DNA of 64,000 bases from an uncultured Spirochaetota bacterium (GTDB lineage Bacteria > Spirochaetota > Brevinematia > Brevinematales > JAOACQ01). Below the pieces are notes generated by a model that saw only the letters and a program-made list of their open reading frames with translations, was not told the origin of the DNA and ran no database searches. Location of the stretch: contig CAWEAK010000005.1 of NCBI GenBank assembly GCA_963806975.1, positions 164,855 to 228,854 of the forward strand. The letters are read 5' to 3'. Positions within the stretch are counted from its first letter, which is position 1. Each line of letters begins with the position of its first letter. A program made the position numbers and the translations under genes. Below are positions 31,330-42,411 of this stretch, in pieces.

Positions 31330-32547
31330 ATGTTAAGAAAGTTTTTAGTGTTTTTACTTTTTATGATAATAATATCCTTCACAAGCGGATGCTACCTTGT
31401 TTCTCACATGAATGATTCTTCGTCTTCCAGTTCATCTTCAATAAGCTCCGGCTCTTCGTCATCTTCAATTGGAATAACATATACAGTCACCTTTGACGGC
31501 CAGGGAGCCACGACAGCGGCAAATCCGGCCAGTATAGTTGTAACACCTCCGGCAACAAATATTGGGACATTACCGATGGCTCCGGCTAAAACAGGCTATT
31601 ATTTCAGCGGCTGGTATACGGCGCCGAACGGCAGTGGAACGGCGTTTACAACTAACACAATTGTTACTTCAAACATTTCGATTTATGCAAAATGGATAGT
31701 CTCTGGTTCGGTATGGACGGCTCAAGCCCTGTCAAGTTCTGCTTTGTGGCATTCAGTTACCTATGGGAACGGTGTTTTTGTCGCGTTTGCTGAAAATATC
31801 TCATCAGCGGCGACCTCAACCGATGGAATTACCTGGACAGTCCGAACTCTGCCTATTTCTGCCGACTGGTATTCAGTTACCTATGGAAATGGCGTTTTTG
31901 TCGCCGTTGCCGGGGGACTAAGCACTACTGCGGTGACTTCACCCGATGGAATTACCTGGACGGTTCGAAATCTGCCATTCTCTGCTAATTGGTATTCAGT
32001 GACATACGGAAACGGTACTTTTGTCGCGGTTGCCAGCGGTGGAACAACAGCGGCGTATTCAATAGATAATGGAATTACATGGCACTCTTCGACCATGCCA
32101 AGCTTATCCTACTGGCAATCAGTAACCTACGGGAACGGTACTTTTGTCGCGACTGCTTATAGCAGTACTTCAGCGGCGTATTCATCTGATGGAATTAATT
32201 GGACGCCCAGTCCCAGTGGATTACCAAACCCTACCAGCTGGATATCAGTAACCTACGGGAATGGTGTTTTTGTCGCGGTTGCCCAGGATAGCTCAGTAGC
32301 AACTTCACCCGAAGGAATGACCTGGACAGCACGGACAATGCCCTCTGCCGGGCAAGCAGTGACTTATGGGAACGGTGTTTTTGTCGCGGTTGCCAATAGC
32401 AGTTCAGCGGCATCAACTTCAACCGATGGAATCACCTGGACAGCCCGAACAATGCCAAGCTCTGCAGGCTGGATATCAGTAGCTTATGGGAACGGCGTTT
32501 TCGTCGCGGTTGCCCAAAGCAGTACATCAGAGGCAACTTCACATTAA
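31330..32547 (+). CDS. Array lipoprotein 9: InlB B-repeat plus GNGVFVAV repeats
   Basis: FTSGC lipobox, Ser linker, seven repeats, ends ATSH. Confidence 0.88.
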   Translation: MLRKFLVFLLFMIIISFTSGCYLVSHMNDSSSSSSSSISSGSSSSSIGITYTVTFDGQGATTAANPASIVVTPPATNIGTLPMAPAKTGYYFSGWYTAPNGSGTAFTTNTIVTSNISIYAKWIVSGSVWTAQALSSSALWHSVTYGNGVFVAFAENISSAATSTDGITWTVRTLPISADWYSVTYGNGVFVAVAGGLSTTAVTSPDGITWTVRNLPFSANWYSVTYGNGTFVAVASGGTTAAYSIDNGITWHSSTMPSLSYWQSVTYGNGTFVATAYSSTSAAYSSDGINWTPSPSGLPNPTSWISVTYGNGVFVAVAQDSSVATSPEGMTWTARTMPSAGQAVTYGNGVFVAVANSSSAASTSTDGITWTARTMPSSAGWISVAYGNGVFVAVAQSSTSEATSH

Positions 32548-32561
32548 ATATATCAAGATAT

Positions 32562-32596
32562 AAAAAGCCGCCCAAACTAAACAGGGCGGCTTTTTT
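32562..32596. terminator. Bidirectional intrinsic terminator
   Basis: AAAAAGCCGCCC-loop-GGGCGGCTTTTTT between convergent genes. Confidence 0.85.
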
Positions 32597-32648
32597 GTTG
32601 CCAAAACAAGATTAGAACTTCCTGTCTTTTAAGTTTATTTATTTATTA

Positions 32649-34667
32649 TTACTGTTCGAGCATTATATACTCTTTCGGTTCGCCGAAGTAGTATCCCTGG
32701 GAATAATCTATCCCGAGCTCCACTCCCTTATCAAAAACGGATTTTGAATGAACATATTCTGAAATAGTCTTCAGGCCAAGCTCTTTTGAAAAGTTAGCTA
32801 TCGTTTTAGCTATAATCTGGGCATTGGGATCTATATCTATATTTTTTATCAGCGAGGCGTCAATCTTTATATAATCCACACTCAGTCTCAGAATATGCTC
32901 AAAATTTGAATATCCCGAGCCGAAGTCATCGATCGCTATCTTGCAGCCATGTTCTTTTACCTCTTCTATAAAGACCATTACCTCTTTATAATTTTCAATA
33001 CCTTCAGATTCAAGTATCTCAAAAATAATCTTATCCGCAATTTTATAATTTTCTTTAATCTTCTTCTTAATTTGATAATTCATTTCCTCATCCATGTCAG
33101 TGTCATGAATAGTAAGATTAATGGAAAAATCAAATTCAGTATCTTTAAATACTCCAAGGGTTTTATCAAGCATAACACTGGTAATATCGCTGTAAAGGTG
33201 TGATTTTTTAGCCACCTCCAGAAAATAACGCGGTGCGATTATATTTCCATGGCCGTCAATCAATCTGACGAGGCATTCGTATTTTTCAATCTTACCATTT
33301 ATATTATTCACAATAGGCTGAAAGTAAGGAACAATTCTATGATTTTTAATCGCCTCTTTTAATCTCTTTTTCCATAAAATATTATTCTCATATTCTTTTG
33401 GAATCTCCATGGAATCGCTATAAATAATAAAATTCTTCTGCAGTTTTTTTGCCTTTTTTAGCGCCATATCGGCGTTTGTCGCGAGGTTTCTCCATTTTCC
33501 CTCAATTATCTTATCTATCAGAATATCCTCGCCTCTGGCAACACCGCATGTCATCCTGACATTTATCTCATTATCTTCGAGCAGAAAAGGTCTTTCGTTT
33601 ATATCTTCGCCAAGATGCCTTAAAATCTCTTCAAGCCTCTTGATTTCTATACAGCAGTCAAACAGAAGCGCGAATTCATCGGCAGGCATTCTGTAAAGCT
33701 GATAATTGTACTCTGTCTGGAGAGCCCTCAGGCGGAATGTCATCTCCTTTAATACCATATCTCCGATCCGGTTGCCGTAAAAATCATTAATTTCCTTGAA
33801 AAAATCTATATTTATTAAAATCAAAGCCGGGCTTTCCTTAACTTCAATATCAACAAGAATCTTGTATCTGTTCGGCAGTCCGGTAAGAGAATCGGTATAA
33901 AGCTGTTTTAGCATCTCCTCATTGTAATGCTGTAGCAATTCCGCCATTTTATTGAAACTTTTGCTTAAAGAACCAAGTTCATCCCTGGTTGAAACCATTG
34001 CCCGCGTTCTGAAATTTTTGCTGTTAAAGTTCATTATGGAGTTATTCAGATCAATCACCGGTTTTATAATAAACTTATTAACAGTTAAATTTATTATCAA
34101 CAGAAGAACAACAGCCAGGAGCATCATATTTATTATTGTTTCAACAATAAGGTTTTTCAGATATTGATTTTGAAAGAAATCGGTAATATATACTTCAACC
34201 CATCCGCTATACATATTGTTGAAAAAAATTTTCTTTTTTGAAACAAAAAAGCTTTTATCCAGCCTGTTTTTCAAAGTCAAGGATGAATCGAACTCCTTTA
34301 TATTCCAATATGAATCTTTTATAAGGCCCAGATCATCCCTGCTTAAAACAGAATTCGTATTGGCATCATTAATTATTATAGCGAGCATATTTTTATCGCT
34401 CATTTCGATTTGTAAAACATTTGTAATATCGGATATTTTTAAGCGGTCACCGGCGGTTGAAAATAAACCGGCGACACGCAAAGCGGCCTGTTCGGCTGAA
34501 TTTCGGATTTTACTGATTTCTTTCGATCTTTCCGATAAGAAATATGCGCATCCCAAAACGGTTATGATAAAAATTATACTTATTGAAAGGATGATATTGA
34601 TCTTTAACGAAATGGATTTTTTAATATTTAATTTTCTAATCCAAATACTTCTGAAAGAATTAAGCAT
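32649..34667 (-). CDS. Membrane HAMP-GGDEF(degenerate)-EAL protein, probable c-di-GMP phosphodiesterase
   Basis: Two TM, HAMP, DSLTGLPN, PADEF in place of GGDEF, YECLVR, IAIDDFGSGYS, QGYYFGEP. Confidence 0.92.
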   Translation of the reverse strand: MLNSFRSIWIRKLNIKKSISLKINIILSISIIFIITVLGCAYFLSERSKEISKIRNSAEQAALRVAGLFSTAGDRLKISDITNVLQIEMSDKNMLAIIINDANTNSVLSRDDLGLIKDSYWNIKEFDSSLTLKNRLDKSFFVSKKKIFFNNMYSGWVEVYITDFFQNQYLKNLIVETIINMMLLAVVLLLIINLTVNKFIIKPVIDLNNSIMNFNSKNFRTRAMVSTRDELGSLSKSFNKMAELLQHYNEEMLKQLYTDSLTGLPNRYKILVDIEVKESPALILINIDFFKEINDFYGNRIGDMVLKEMTFRLRALQTEYNYQLYRMPADEFALLFDCCIEIKRLEEILRHLGEDINERPFLLEDNEINVRMTCGVARGEDILIDKIIEGKWRNLATNADMALKKAKKLQKNFIIYSDSMEIPKEYENNILWKKRLKEAIKNHRIVPYFQPIVNNINGKIEKYECLVRLIDGHGNIIAPRYFLEVAKKSHLYSDITSVMLDKTLGVFKDTEFDFSINLTIHDTDMDEEMNYQIKKKIKENYKIADKIIFEILESEGIENYKEVMVFIEEVKEHGCKIAIDDFGSGYSNFEHILRLSVDYIKIDASLIKNIDIDPNAQIIAKTIANFSKELGLKTISEYVHSKSVFDKGVELGIDYSQGYYFGEPKEYIMLEQ

Positions 34668-34868
34668 TAAAGTTACCTATCAGCAATATTTCCCCCAGAA
34701 ATATACCCGGTTTTCATTCATTTAAAAATAGTATAACATAGAAAACTCATAATTTTCAAAAAATTCTTAAAATAAATTTAATCTGCCAAATATTATTTGT
34801 TCTTATAATTTTTCTTTAATCCGTACTATCGGCTTTAAAGATTCAATTCTTAAGAGACATCAGGATAT

Positions 34869-35969
34869 TCAGTCAATCTTTATCAATTCATAATCCTGCA
34901 ATCCGAGACCTATTTTTTCTGCATAATCCAGCCCGGTTTTCCAATCAGTATTAGGGAATATGAGTTTAAACTTATCTTTTCCATACTCTTCCCCGCCGAC
35001 AACGCTCTCTTTGATAAATGGCGCTTCATTCACCAAATCAACGCTTGCCCTGTCCAGGGCTACCGGGTCAAAAGATGCCAGTATTCCTATATCCGGGACT
35101 ATAGACATGTCATTATTCGGCCAGCAGTCGCAATTCGGAGAGATATTCATAAGAAAATTAATATGAAAATTGGGTTTGTCTTTAATAACAGCAAGCGCAT
35201 ATTCGGCAATCTTTTCACCAAGCCCCTTTGAGTTCCAGTTAACCTGCGCGGCGTCATACCTGCATACGGCAATACACTGCCCGCATCCCACACATTTTTC
35301 ATAATTGATAACAGCCCTGTTTTCACTGTCAAGCTTCACAGCATCATAAGCACAGTTATTTTCGCATAATCCGCATCCGGTACAATTCTCCCGGACTATT
35401 CTGGGTTTTGAAGAAGAATGCATTACAAGCTTTCCACCGATTGAGCCGCTTCCCATCCCTATGTTTTTCAAACAGCCTCCGAATCCGGCAGCCTCATGCC
35501 CTTTAAAATGGTTCACTGAAATAATGATGTCAGAGTCTGCAATAGCGGAGCCTATTTTGGCGGTTTTACAATTATTGAGATTTACCTCAATCTCTCTGTA
35601 ATCAGTGCCTCTAACTCCATCCGCGATAATCACATTGCAGCCCACAGCCATTGGATTAAACCCATTCTCCATTGCGCTGAGGAGATGATCCACAGCATTT
35701 GAACGGCGGCCCTTGTAAAGCGTATTACAGTCGGTTAAAAACGGAAGCCCCCCTTTTTTCTGAATTATATTAACAATCCTTGCGGCAAAATTCGGCCGGA
35801 TATATGCAAGATTACCCGGTTCACCGAAATGAATTTTTATTGCCGCAAATTTCTTGTTAAAATCAATATCCAGCATACCGGCTTTAGTAACCAGCTTTTC
35901 GAGCTTGTCCAGCAGATTTTTACCTGGATCCGTTCTTAAACCTGTAAAATAGACCTTTGCTTTATTCAT
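34869..35969 (-). CDS. DUF362 domain Fe-S protein
   Basis: IKIHFGEPGN, HFKGH, CTGCGLC...C and CVGCGQC...C ferredoxin motifs, CDC, DPVALD. Confidence 0.9.
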   Translation of the reverse strand: MNKAKVYFTGLRTDPGKNLLDKLEKLVTKAGMLDIDFNKKFAAIKIHFGEPGNLAYIRPNFAARIVNIIQKKGGLPFLTDCNTLYKGRRSNAVDHLLSAMENGFNPMAVGCNVIIADGVRGTDYREIEVNLNNCKTAKIGSAIADSDIIISVNHFKGHEAAGFGGCLKNIGMGSGSIGGKLVMHSSSKPRIVRENCTGCGLCENNCAYDAVKLDSENRAVINYEKCVGCGQCIAVCRYDAAQVNWNSKGLGEKIAEYALAVIKDKPNFHINFLMNISPNCDCWPNNDMSIVPDIGILASFDPVALDRASVDLVNEAPFIKESVVGGEEYGKDKFKLIFPNTDWKTGLDYAEKIGLGLQDYELIKID

Positions 35970-36721
35970 AAAATACCATCCTTTAAACTTTATTTTACAA
36001 TAAATTTGAATAAAATTAAAGAAAAGAGGGCAAAAGGCTTTGTTACTTTTTCTTTTGGCAGCTAAAGAAAAAGTAACCAAAAAGAAAACTGCCCTTCGCA
36101 ATTTTCATAATAAGAAATCTTATCATTATTGGCACATTAAGCATTAATCTTAACCCGGTCTTATTGTCCTCCTCACCAAAACATCCCATTCGCTGTCGCT
36201 CAGGGCAGGCTCTGTTTTGATTTCCTGTGCTCACCCCAATTACATAAATGAATTTTTTATAAAGCGCATAATGCGATTAATTGTTTAACGTTTTTGTTTA
36301 TTCTCGAATCCTAAGATTTCCAGGAAATTGCTGCGGGATAAGAAACGAGATATAAAATATTTTCTCTTTTAAATATATGGATAGCTAACATCTTTCCTAA
36401 GCCACCAGAAAAGAAAGTAATCTCACCAATAAGTTGACATAGAAAAAGGATGCCTCTACGGTTACAACGGCTGCGAACTCGATTTCCTTTATCCACTTTT
36501 GGTTATAGCTATCTTTTTCTAAAAACCGCCTTATACCAAGTTGCATTCAATTGAGTGTTAACGATCTTTCGTTTAAGAATTAAGCAAAATAAAAAATATT
36601 AACAGCAATATTTTCCAAGATTTTTAACCGGCGCTCAGGTTATAATATGACGAAATGAAAAACAGCGGAAAGCCAGCTTGATAGATAATCAAGCTGCACG
36701 CTTGTTAAACGGAGGGTTTAT

Positions 36722-37108
36722 ATGAATGAATTGTTAAAAGACTTCGAGAAAGGAAGCGTAAATCATCTCACAAAATCTGAGGACGCGTCCGGTTTGAACT
36801 GGAATCCACATGCAACAATGAAAGGTGTATTTTTAAAGCACCTGGTTAAGGGAGCCGATACCGGCGGGCATTTAAGCTGTCATATTGTCAGAATTGAAGC
36901 AGGTCAATCTATTACCGATCATATCCATGACGGCAAAATGGAGCTTCATGAGGTGATTTCCGGGGAAGGAAGGGCTATTCTCGGAGAGAAAAAAATTGCT
37001 TATCAAGGCGGTGTAATAACAATTATTCCTGAAAATATCCATCATAGCGTAACTGCCGGCAAAGAAGACCTCTTTTTATTTGCGAAATTTATTCCGGCTT
37101 TATTATAA
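36722..37108 (+). CDS. Cupin domain protein
   Basis: HIHDGKMELHEVISGEG...IPENIHHSV. Confidence 0.88.
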   Translation: MNELLKDFEKGSVNHLTKSEDASGLNWNPHATMKGVFLKHLVKGADTGGHLSCHIVRIEAGQSITDHIHDGKMELHEVISGEGRAILGEKKIAYQGGVITIIPENIHHSVTAGKEDLFLFAKFIPALL

Positions 37109-37114
37109 TATTTG

Positions 37115-37948
37115 ATGGATAAAAGCAAGATTAAAATACGCTCCTTTTCAGACTGTAATGAACTTGAATTAATTATCGGGGAAAATATCACCAATAGTTT
37201 TCCTTGGCATAACCATCGCCGCCATTGTATTGGTTTGGTTACAGTGGGAGAAAGGATTATTTATTTTAAAGACCGTGATTTCCATGCAAATCCGGGAGAT
37301 GTTTTTTTTCTCAGGTCTAATGAAAAGCATGCCTGCGTATGCCGAAGCAGCAGTTATCAAGTCCTATGTTTTAATAATAATCTGATAAAGTCCCGGGATG
37401 GCTCTATTATTAAAGACCCGGAATTAAAAAAGAAGATGAAAAATCTTTTTCAGTTAATCCATGGAAAAAATATTCTTGAATTTATAACCGGATTTCGTGA
37501 AATATTAATTCAACTCTCAGGCGAAAAAAATGAAGAAATAATAGATGCTGAAAAACCAATGAGGTATGTAAGTGATTTCATTCTTAAAAATTATAGAAGA
37601 AATATTTCACTTGAAGAACTTTCCGGTATGGCTGGTTTGAGCCCCTATCACTTCATCAGGGTTTTTTCACAGATTTACGGCATTTCTCCTTATGCTTATT
37701 TGATTCAGGCAAAAATAAGGGAAGCAAAAAACAAGTTAATAGCAGGGAATACCATTATCGATACTGCTCTGGATCTCGGATTTTTTGACCAGAGCCATTT
37801 CACAAACACTTTCAAAAAATTTATGGGTACAAGCCCCCGGGCGGTTTGCGGTTGTGAACAGATCGTGACGTCGGCCGCAGGCCTTTATGGCATAAAGGGG
37901 GTAAAATGCTCATTACTTTTCTTTGTCTACAGCAACAAAGAAAAGTAA
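37115..37948 (+). CDS. AraC family transcriptional regulator (C-terminus runs into a repeat element)
   Basis: FPWHNH, SLEELSGMAGLSPYHFIRVF, GFFDQSHFTNTFKKFMGTSP. Confidence 0.92.
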   Translation: MDKSKIKIRSFSDCNELELIIGENITNSFPWHNHRRHCIGLVTVGERIIYFKDRDFHANPGDVFFLRSNEKHACVCRSSSYQVLCFNNNLIKSRDGSIIKDPELKKKMKNLFQLIHGKNILEFITGFREILIQLSGEKNEEIIDAEKPMRYVSDFILKNYRRNISLEELSGMAGLSPYHFIRVFSQIYGISPYAYLIQAKIREAKNKLIAGNTIIDTALDLGFFDQSHFTNTFKKFMGTSPRAVCGCEQIVTSAAGLYGIKGVKCSLLFFVYSNKEK

Positions 37949-38615
37949 TGAAAAGAAAACGCCGCCCCGCTAGTACTCCGGAAGCTTGAGTTGCATCGGC
38001 TCAAAACGGCTGCAAGCGGAACTCAAGGCTTTTTACACAGCTTTTATCAGACATTAGCTTTTTCTTTATTAACAACTAATATAATAAAAGGTAAAAAGCC
38101 TTTCAAACAACCGCTTGCTTACCGCCGTTTTTTGCCGGCAACTCTACGCTTCCTTCGTAATGCGGGGTCAGTAAACTAAAAAAAGTAACCTTGCTAACTA
38201 AGTTGGCGTAATAAAGAATTAAAGCAGCCTTACTGTCCTTCCTGGACTGATGCGGCGGCCGATCCGTCCCTGGCACTGACTTTGTTTTACATTTTATTAT
38301 CATATCTTAATGGATAATTCGCTCATTGTTTCTTGTTTGGAATATTCTTTCACAAAAAATTACCGGGAAACCGCTGCGGGATAGGGGAAAGATATATTAG
38401 TTTTAAGAAATAATCTTTATTTTATAATCAGTCTTGACAGTTTCAAGCGGGTTCATTAAGATATGGGATAAAGAAAGTTTTGCATATATATCAAGATCTA
38501 CAAAATGTCGCAAGCAACATTTTGTAGATCACCCCGCGGGGCATTGTACGCAAGCCGAGCAGCTTTTATTTATACTAACTATTGACATTAGTAACTATAT
38601 GTGTTAGTATTATAT

Positions 38616-38897
38616 ATGATAAAGTCTTTTAAAGATAATGAAACCAATTTAATTTGGTTGGGCATTAGATCAAAAATATTGCCTCCTAATATTCAAGATG
38701 TTGCTCGAAGAAAATTAAGGATGCTTAATAATGCTCATACCTTATCTGATTTATTAATACCACCATCAAATAAATTAGAATCTTTAAAAGGAAATAGAAA
38801 AGGTCATCATAGCATTAGAATAAATGATAAATATAGAATTTGTTTCATTTGGAAATCTAATGATGCCTATAGTGTTGAAATTATTGATTATCATTAA
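38616..38897 (+). CDS. higB: HigB-like toxin (plasmid maintenance killer family)
   Basis: MIKSFKD...PPSNKLESLKGNRKGHHSIRINDKYRICF...VEIIDYH. Confidence 0.93.
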   Translation: MIKSFKDNETNLIWLGIRSKILPPNIQDVARRKLRMLNNAHTLSDLLIPPSNKLESLKGNRKGHHSIRINDKYRICFIWKSNDAYSVEIIDYH

Positions 38898-38915
38898 ATA
38901 TTAAAGAGGTAAAAT

Positions 38916-39227
38916 ATGACTGAAAGATTAAAAAACATACATCCTGGTGAAATCTTAAAAGAAGAATTTTTATTGCCTTTAAATATTACAGCTTATAGAC
39001 TATCAAAAGAAACAGGCATACCGCAAACGGCAATATCTGAAATAGTAAAAGAAAAAAGAAGAATCACTGCACCTGTAGCCTTAAAACTCTCAAAATTTTT
39101 TGGTACTACTCCTCAATTTTGGTTAGGTCTTCAAGATGATTATGATCTAGAAGAGGAAGAAATCCATATAAAAAAAGAATTGGATAATATTCATTCAGTG
39201 AAAGACTTACATTTAGTTAATGCCTAA
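38916..39227 (+). CDS. higA: HigA antitoxin
   Basis: IHPGEILKEEFL...FFGTTPQFWLGLQDDYDL. Confidence 0.93.
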   Translation: MTERLKNIHPGEILKEEFLLPLNITAYRLSKETGIPQTAISEIVKEKRRITAPVALKLSKFFGTTPQFWLGLQDDYDLEEEEIHIKKELDNIHSVKDLHLVNA

Positions 39228-39251
39228 TTCTAGAACTTACTGCACCGCCAT

Positions 39252-39371
39252 CGCCTAACGGCCATGTAGAAAAAGCCAATTTTTAATACTGATCCTCCCT
39301 CACCAAACAGCCTGCTTTTTTTACAGATTATTTGGCATCCCTTTTATAAAAAACTGTGCTGAATTTATCGG
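39252..39371 (+). repeat. ~120-bp repeat (GCCTAAC plus probable IS1182-type end), copy 1
   Basis: Near-identical to 40163-40281. Confidence 0.85.
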
Positions 39372-39554
39372 GAAACCTGGATTTGAAAACATTTATATTT
39401 AAATCTATAATAAAAGAGGTGTTTCTCAGGTACAAAAGAAAAATACGTTAGTGTTTCTATGTCCTGACGTTAAAACGTTACCCATGTCTTGAAGTCTGAC
39501 CTGGTGCTAAGTTAATTTATAAATAGAAAAGTAAACTTCGGAGGATTAAAATTT

Positions 39555-40136
39555 ATGAATAAAGATAACGATACTCTCATCAAATCGTTTTCATCCTCAA
39601 AGGAATGGAAGGAATGGCTTGCAATGAATTATGCCACATTCAATAATGGTATTTTGCTTCGAATTTTCAAGAAAGATTCCGGTGAAAAAACAATCACCTA
39701 TGATGAAGCCCTTAATGAAGCTCTTTGCTTTGGCTGGATCGATGGTCAGAAAAAAACGTATGATGAAAAATCGTGGCTTCAAAAATTTACGCCACGCAGG
39801 TCAAAGAGCATATGGTCAAAGCGAAATAAAGCACGAGTGGTTCTGCTTATCGAAGAAAAGCGAATGCAACCACCCGGGCTAAAAGAAATAGAGACCGCCA
39901 AAAAAGAGGGCAGATGGGACAAAGCCTATGATTCTCCCAACCAAATGGAAATTCCATCTGATTTTCTAGCAATATTAGAAAAAGACCAGCAGGCCTACGA
40001 ATTCTTTAAAACACTGAATAAGGCAAACATATATGCAATTGCCTGGCGATTACAAACAGCAAAAACACTTGAGACAAGAGAAAAACGAATGAAGGTTCTT
40101 CTAGAAATGATGAAGAATGGACAAAAATTGCACTAA
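39555..40136 (+). CDS. YdeI/OmpD-associated family protein
   Basis: EALCFGWIDG, FTPRRSKSIWSKRN, GRWDKAY, AKTLETREKR. Confidence 0.92.
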   Translation: MNKDNDTLIKSFSSSKEWKEWLAMNYATFNNGILLRIFKKDSGEKTITYDEALNEALCFGWIDGQKKTYDEKSWLQKFTPRRSKSIWSKRNKARVVLLIEEKRMQPPGLKEIETAKKEGRWDKAYDSPNQMEIPSDFLAILEKDQQAYEFFKTLNKANIYAIAWRLQTAKTLETREKRMKVLLEMMKNGQKLH

Positions 40137-40162
40137 ATTGTGCAGACAGCACCAAAATACTG

Positions 40163-40281
40163 CGCCTAACGGCCATGTAGAAAAAGCCAATTTTTAATAC
40201 TGATCCTCCCTCACCAAACAGCCTGCTTTTTTTACAGACTATTGGCATCCCTTTTATATGAAACCGGGCTGAATATACCGG
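40163..40281 (+). repeat. ~120-bp repeat, copy 2, contiguous with the transposase remnant
   Basis: Direct repeat of 39252-39371. Confidence 0.85.
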
Positions 40282-40303
40282 CATAACTGCTTTTCATCCA
40301 TTA

Positions 40304-40915
40304 TTATGTCATTATATTTCTCCATATTTGTTTATTTTTGCATGCCCTGATATTTCCAAATACCGGTTCAACAATTGCCATTCTCTTTGCATATAGTTTT
40401 CTCCCTTCATCTGTGTCAATGAACTTTTTCATTTCATCCGAGTAATGTCTGTTGTCCGCATTTAAAGGTTTCTGCAGGGTACGGTATCTGACTGTTTCTT
40501 TTTTCAGGCATTCTTTTCGGAATTGACAATCACGGCAGGCTGACAATCTGCAAATATATTTCGCGTAAGTAATATGATTCACAGTGTGATTATACCTGAA
40601 CCGGAGTTCCTCGCCTTTCTTGCATATATATACATTCCTTTCCGGGTCATATTTAAATTCATCAATCGTATATTGTCCTTTCTTCTCTGGCTTGTGCCTG
40701 TCAGCCATTTCAAATCTTACATCACGCTTCCTGAAATTTGTGTCCGGTATAACCGCTTTTATTCCGCTTTGGGCAAGGTATTTCAAATTACTTTCGCTGA
40801 AATAATTGGTGTCCGTGGCGATTATTTTATTCTTTAAATCTTTACCTAAAACAACTTTTGTTTTCCTTACCATCCCCTTTAGAAATTCCCCTGTCTTGAG
40901 GTCGGACCATAACAA
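40304..40915 (-). pseudogene. IS1182-family transposase fragment
   Basis: ATDTNYFSESN, FKYDPERNVYIC, CRDCQFRKEC, YAKRMAIVEPVFGNI; both ends missing. Confidence 0.85.
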
Positions 40916-40933
40916 TAATTGGGATAAGATTGC

Positions 40934-41533
40934 TTATTGCGCTGTAAAAACAGGAAGCAGTATTTCATCGACAAATAAGACAATCCGGTTCGAATCAACA
41001 TTTTTATACATAAGATTTTCCATACGAATAAGGTTAAAGGGTAAGGTCAGTATTATGTCGCTGACCTCTTTTATCTTTTCACCTCTTGACTTTGCGCTTT
41101 CAAGTAACTTTCGCATAACCAGGATGTTTTTTGCCGCTGCGTCTACCTCAGCTTCGGGTACTTTGTTATTACCTTGCCCTATTTCAAATAAAACTGCACT
41201 CAAAATTTCCGGTCCAATTTCTGCGTAGGTACTCTGGTAGAGCGCAAGCAAATTTAACAGATCTCCTCGTAAAGTTCCGGTATTTTCTATTCTGTCGATT
41301 AATTGACCACCAAGTGCTTTAGAGAATCTGTCATCAACTATTTGCATAAGTAAGTCAAACATGTTTGCCCACCGGCGGTACAACACACTGCGGCTGGTTT
41401 TTGCTGCCTTCGCAATCTGCTGAAAAGTGAGATTGGCATAACCGACTTCTTTTATGAGCTTTACAGCCGCGTCATAAATAGTTTCGACTAACGTATCTCC
41501 CCGCTTTCGAGTATTCACACTTGTCTCGTTCAT
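40934..41533 (-). CDS. TetR/AcrR family regulator
   Basis: IYDAAVKLIKEVGYANLTFQQIAKAAKTSRSVLYRRW; divergent from the methyltransferase. Confidence 0.93.
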   Translation of the reverse strand: MNETSVNTRKRGDTLVETIYDAAVKLIKEVGYANLTFQQIAKAAKTSRSVLYRRWANMFDLLMQIVDDRFSKALGGQLIDRIENTGTLRGDLLNLLALYQSTYAEIGPEILSAVLFEIGQGNNKVPEAEVDAAAKNILVMRKLLESAKSRGEKIKEVSDIILTLPFNLIRMENLMYKNVDSNRIVLFVDEILLPVFTAQ

Positions 41534-41679
41534 GAATAACCATTTCCTCTGTCTGTATTTCTTTAAGTAATAGTATACCATTTTTTTTAAAAAATATAAG
41601 ATACATGTTGTATTTTATTTTCAAAAGATGTATAATAATAGATATAAGATACACTTCGTATCTTATATAGGAGGAAATC

Positions 41680-42411
41680 ATGACACATAGCGTACTGAAA
41701 TCCAAACCGGATTATGGTTTTGATGGTTCGCCTTTCGGTGTTACCATTGTTTGTTTTGCGGGAGTAGTTTGTTTTGGCGGTGGAGTTGCTTTAATCTCTT
41801 TTCCCAGACTCAGCATGAGCATTGTGGCCTTTGTTCTTATGCTTTGCGGTTTATTAATGGTTCTTGTTTCCACTTCATATCTTTATTATGTTAAGCTCGG
41901 CAAATTCCATCGCAGGGACAGGATGATTTCCATGATTGATTGGAAAGGAAATGAAAAAGTTCTTGATATCGGCACCGGACGGGGACTTTTAATGATTGGT
42001 GCTGCCAAAAAATTGACTCCGGGAAAGAGCATCGGTATTGATATCTGGAATGCGGGAGATATGCACAGCAATACTTATCAAAATACCATGAGAAATGCCG
42101 AGCTTGAGGGGGTCCTTGAAAAAGTAGAAGTAAGAAATGAGGATGTGCGAAACATGTCCTTTCCCAATGATACCTTTGACGTGGTTCTTTCCAACCTTTG
42201 TATCCACAACATCCCTACCAAAGATGGACGAGAAAAAGCCTGCCGGGAAATAGCGAGAGTCTTGAAACCGAATGGAACAGCGATCATTGCCGATAAATCA
42301 CACCTAAAAGAATATGGTGAAATTTTCGCAATGGAAGGGTTAACAGTGGAGGTTTTTCGTACTTCTTTTGATGGTTCACTCTGCGGGATTGTAAAGGCGG
42401 TTAAAAAGTGA
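41680..42411 (+). CDS. Membrane-anchored class I SAM-dependent methyltransferase
   Basis: Two TM, VLDIGTGRG, FDVVLSNLCIHNI, EIARVLKPNG. Confidence 0.92.
   Translation: MTHSVLKSKPDYGFDGSPFGVTIVCFAGVVCFGGGVALISFPRLSMSIVAFVLMLCGLLMVLVSTSYLYYVKLGKFHRRDRMISMIDWKGNEKVLDIGTGRGLLMIGAAKKLTPGKSIGIDIWNAGDMHSNTYQNTMRNAELEGVLEKVEVRNEDVRNMSFPNDTFDVVLSNLCIHNIPTKDGREKACREIARVLKPNGTAIIADKSHLKEYGEIFAMEGLTVEVFRTSFDGSLCGIVKAVKK

Noticed and set aside
17088-32547. Diversity-generating retroelement or invertase shufflon behind the array
   Set aside because: No reverse transcriptase or recombinase in the window, no adenine-only TR/VR pair seen, and all genes are co-oriented with their own starts
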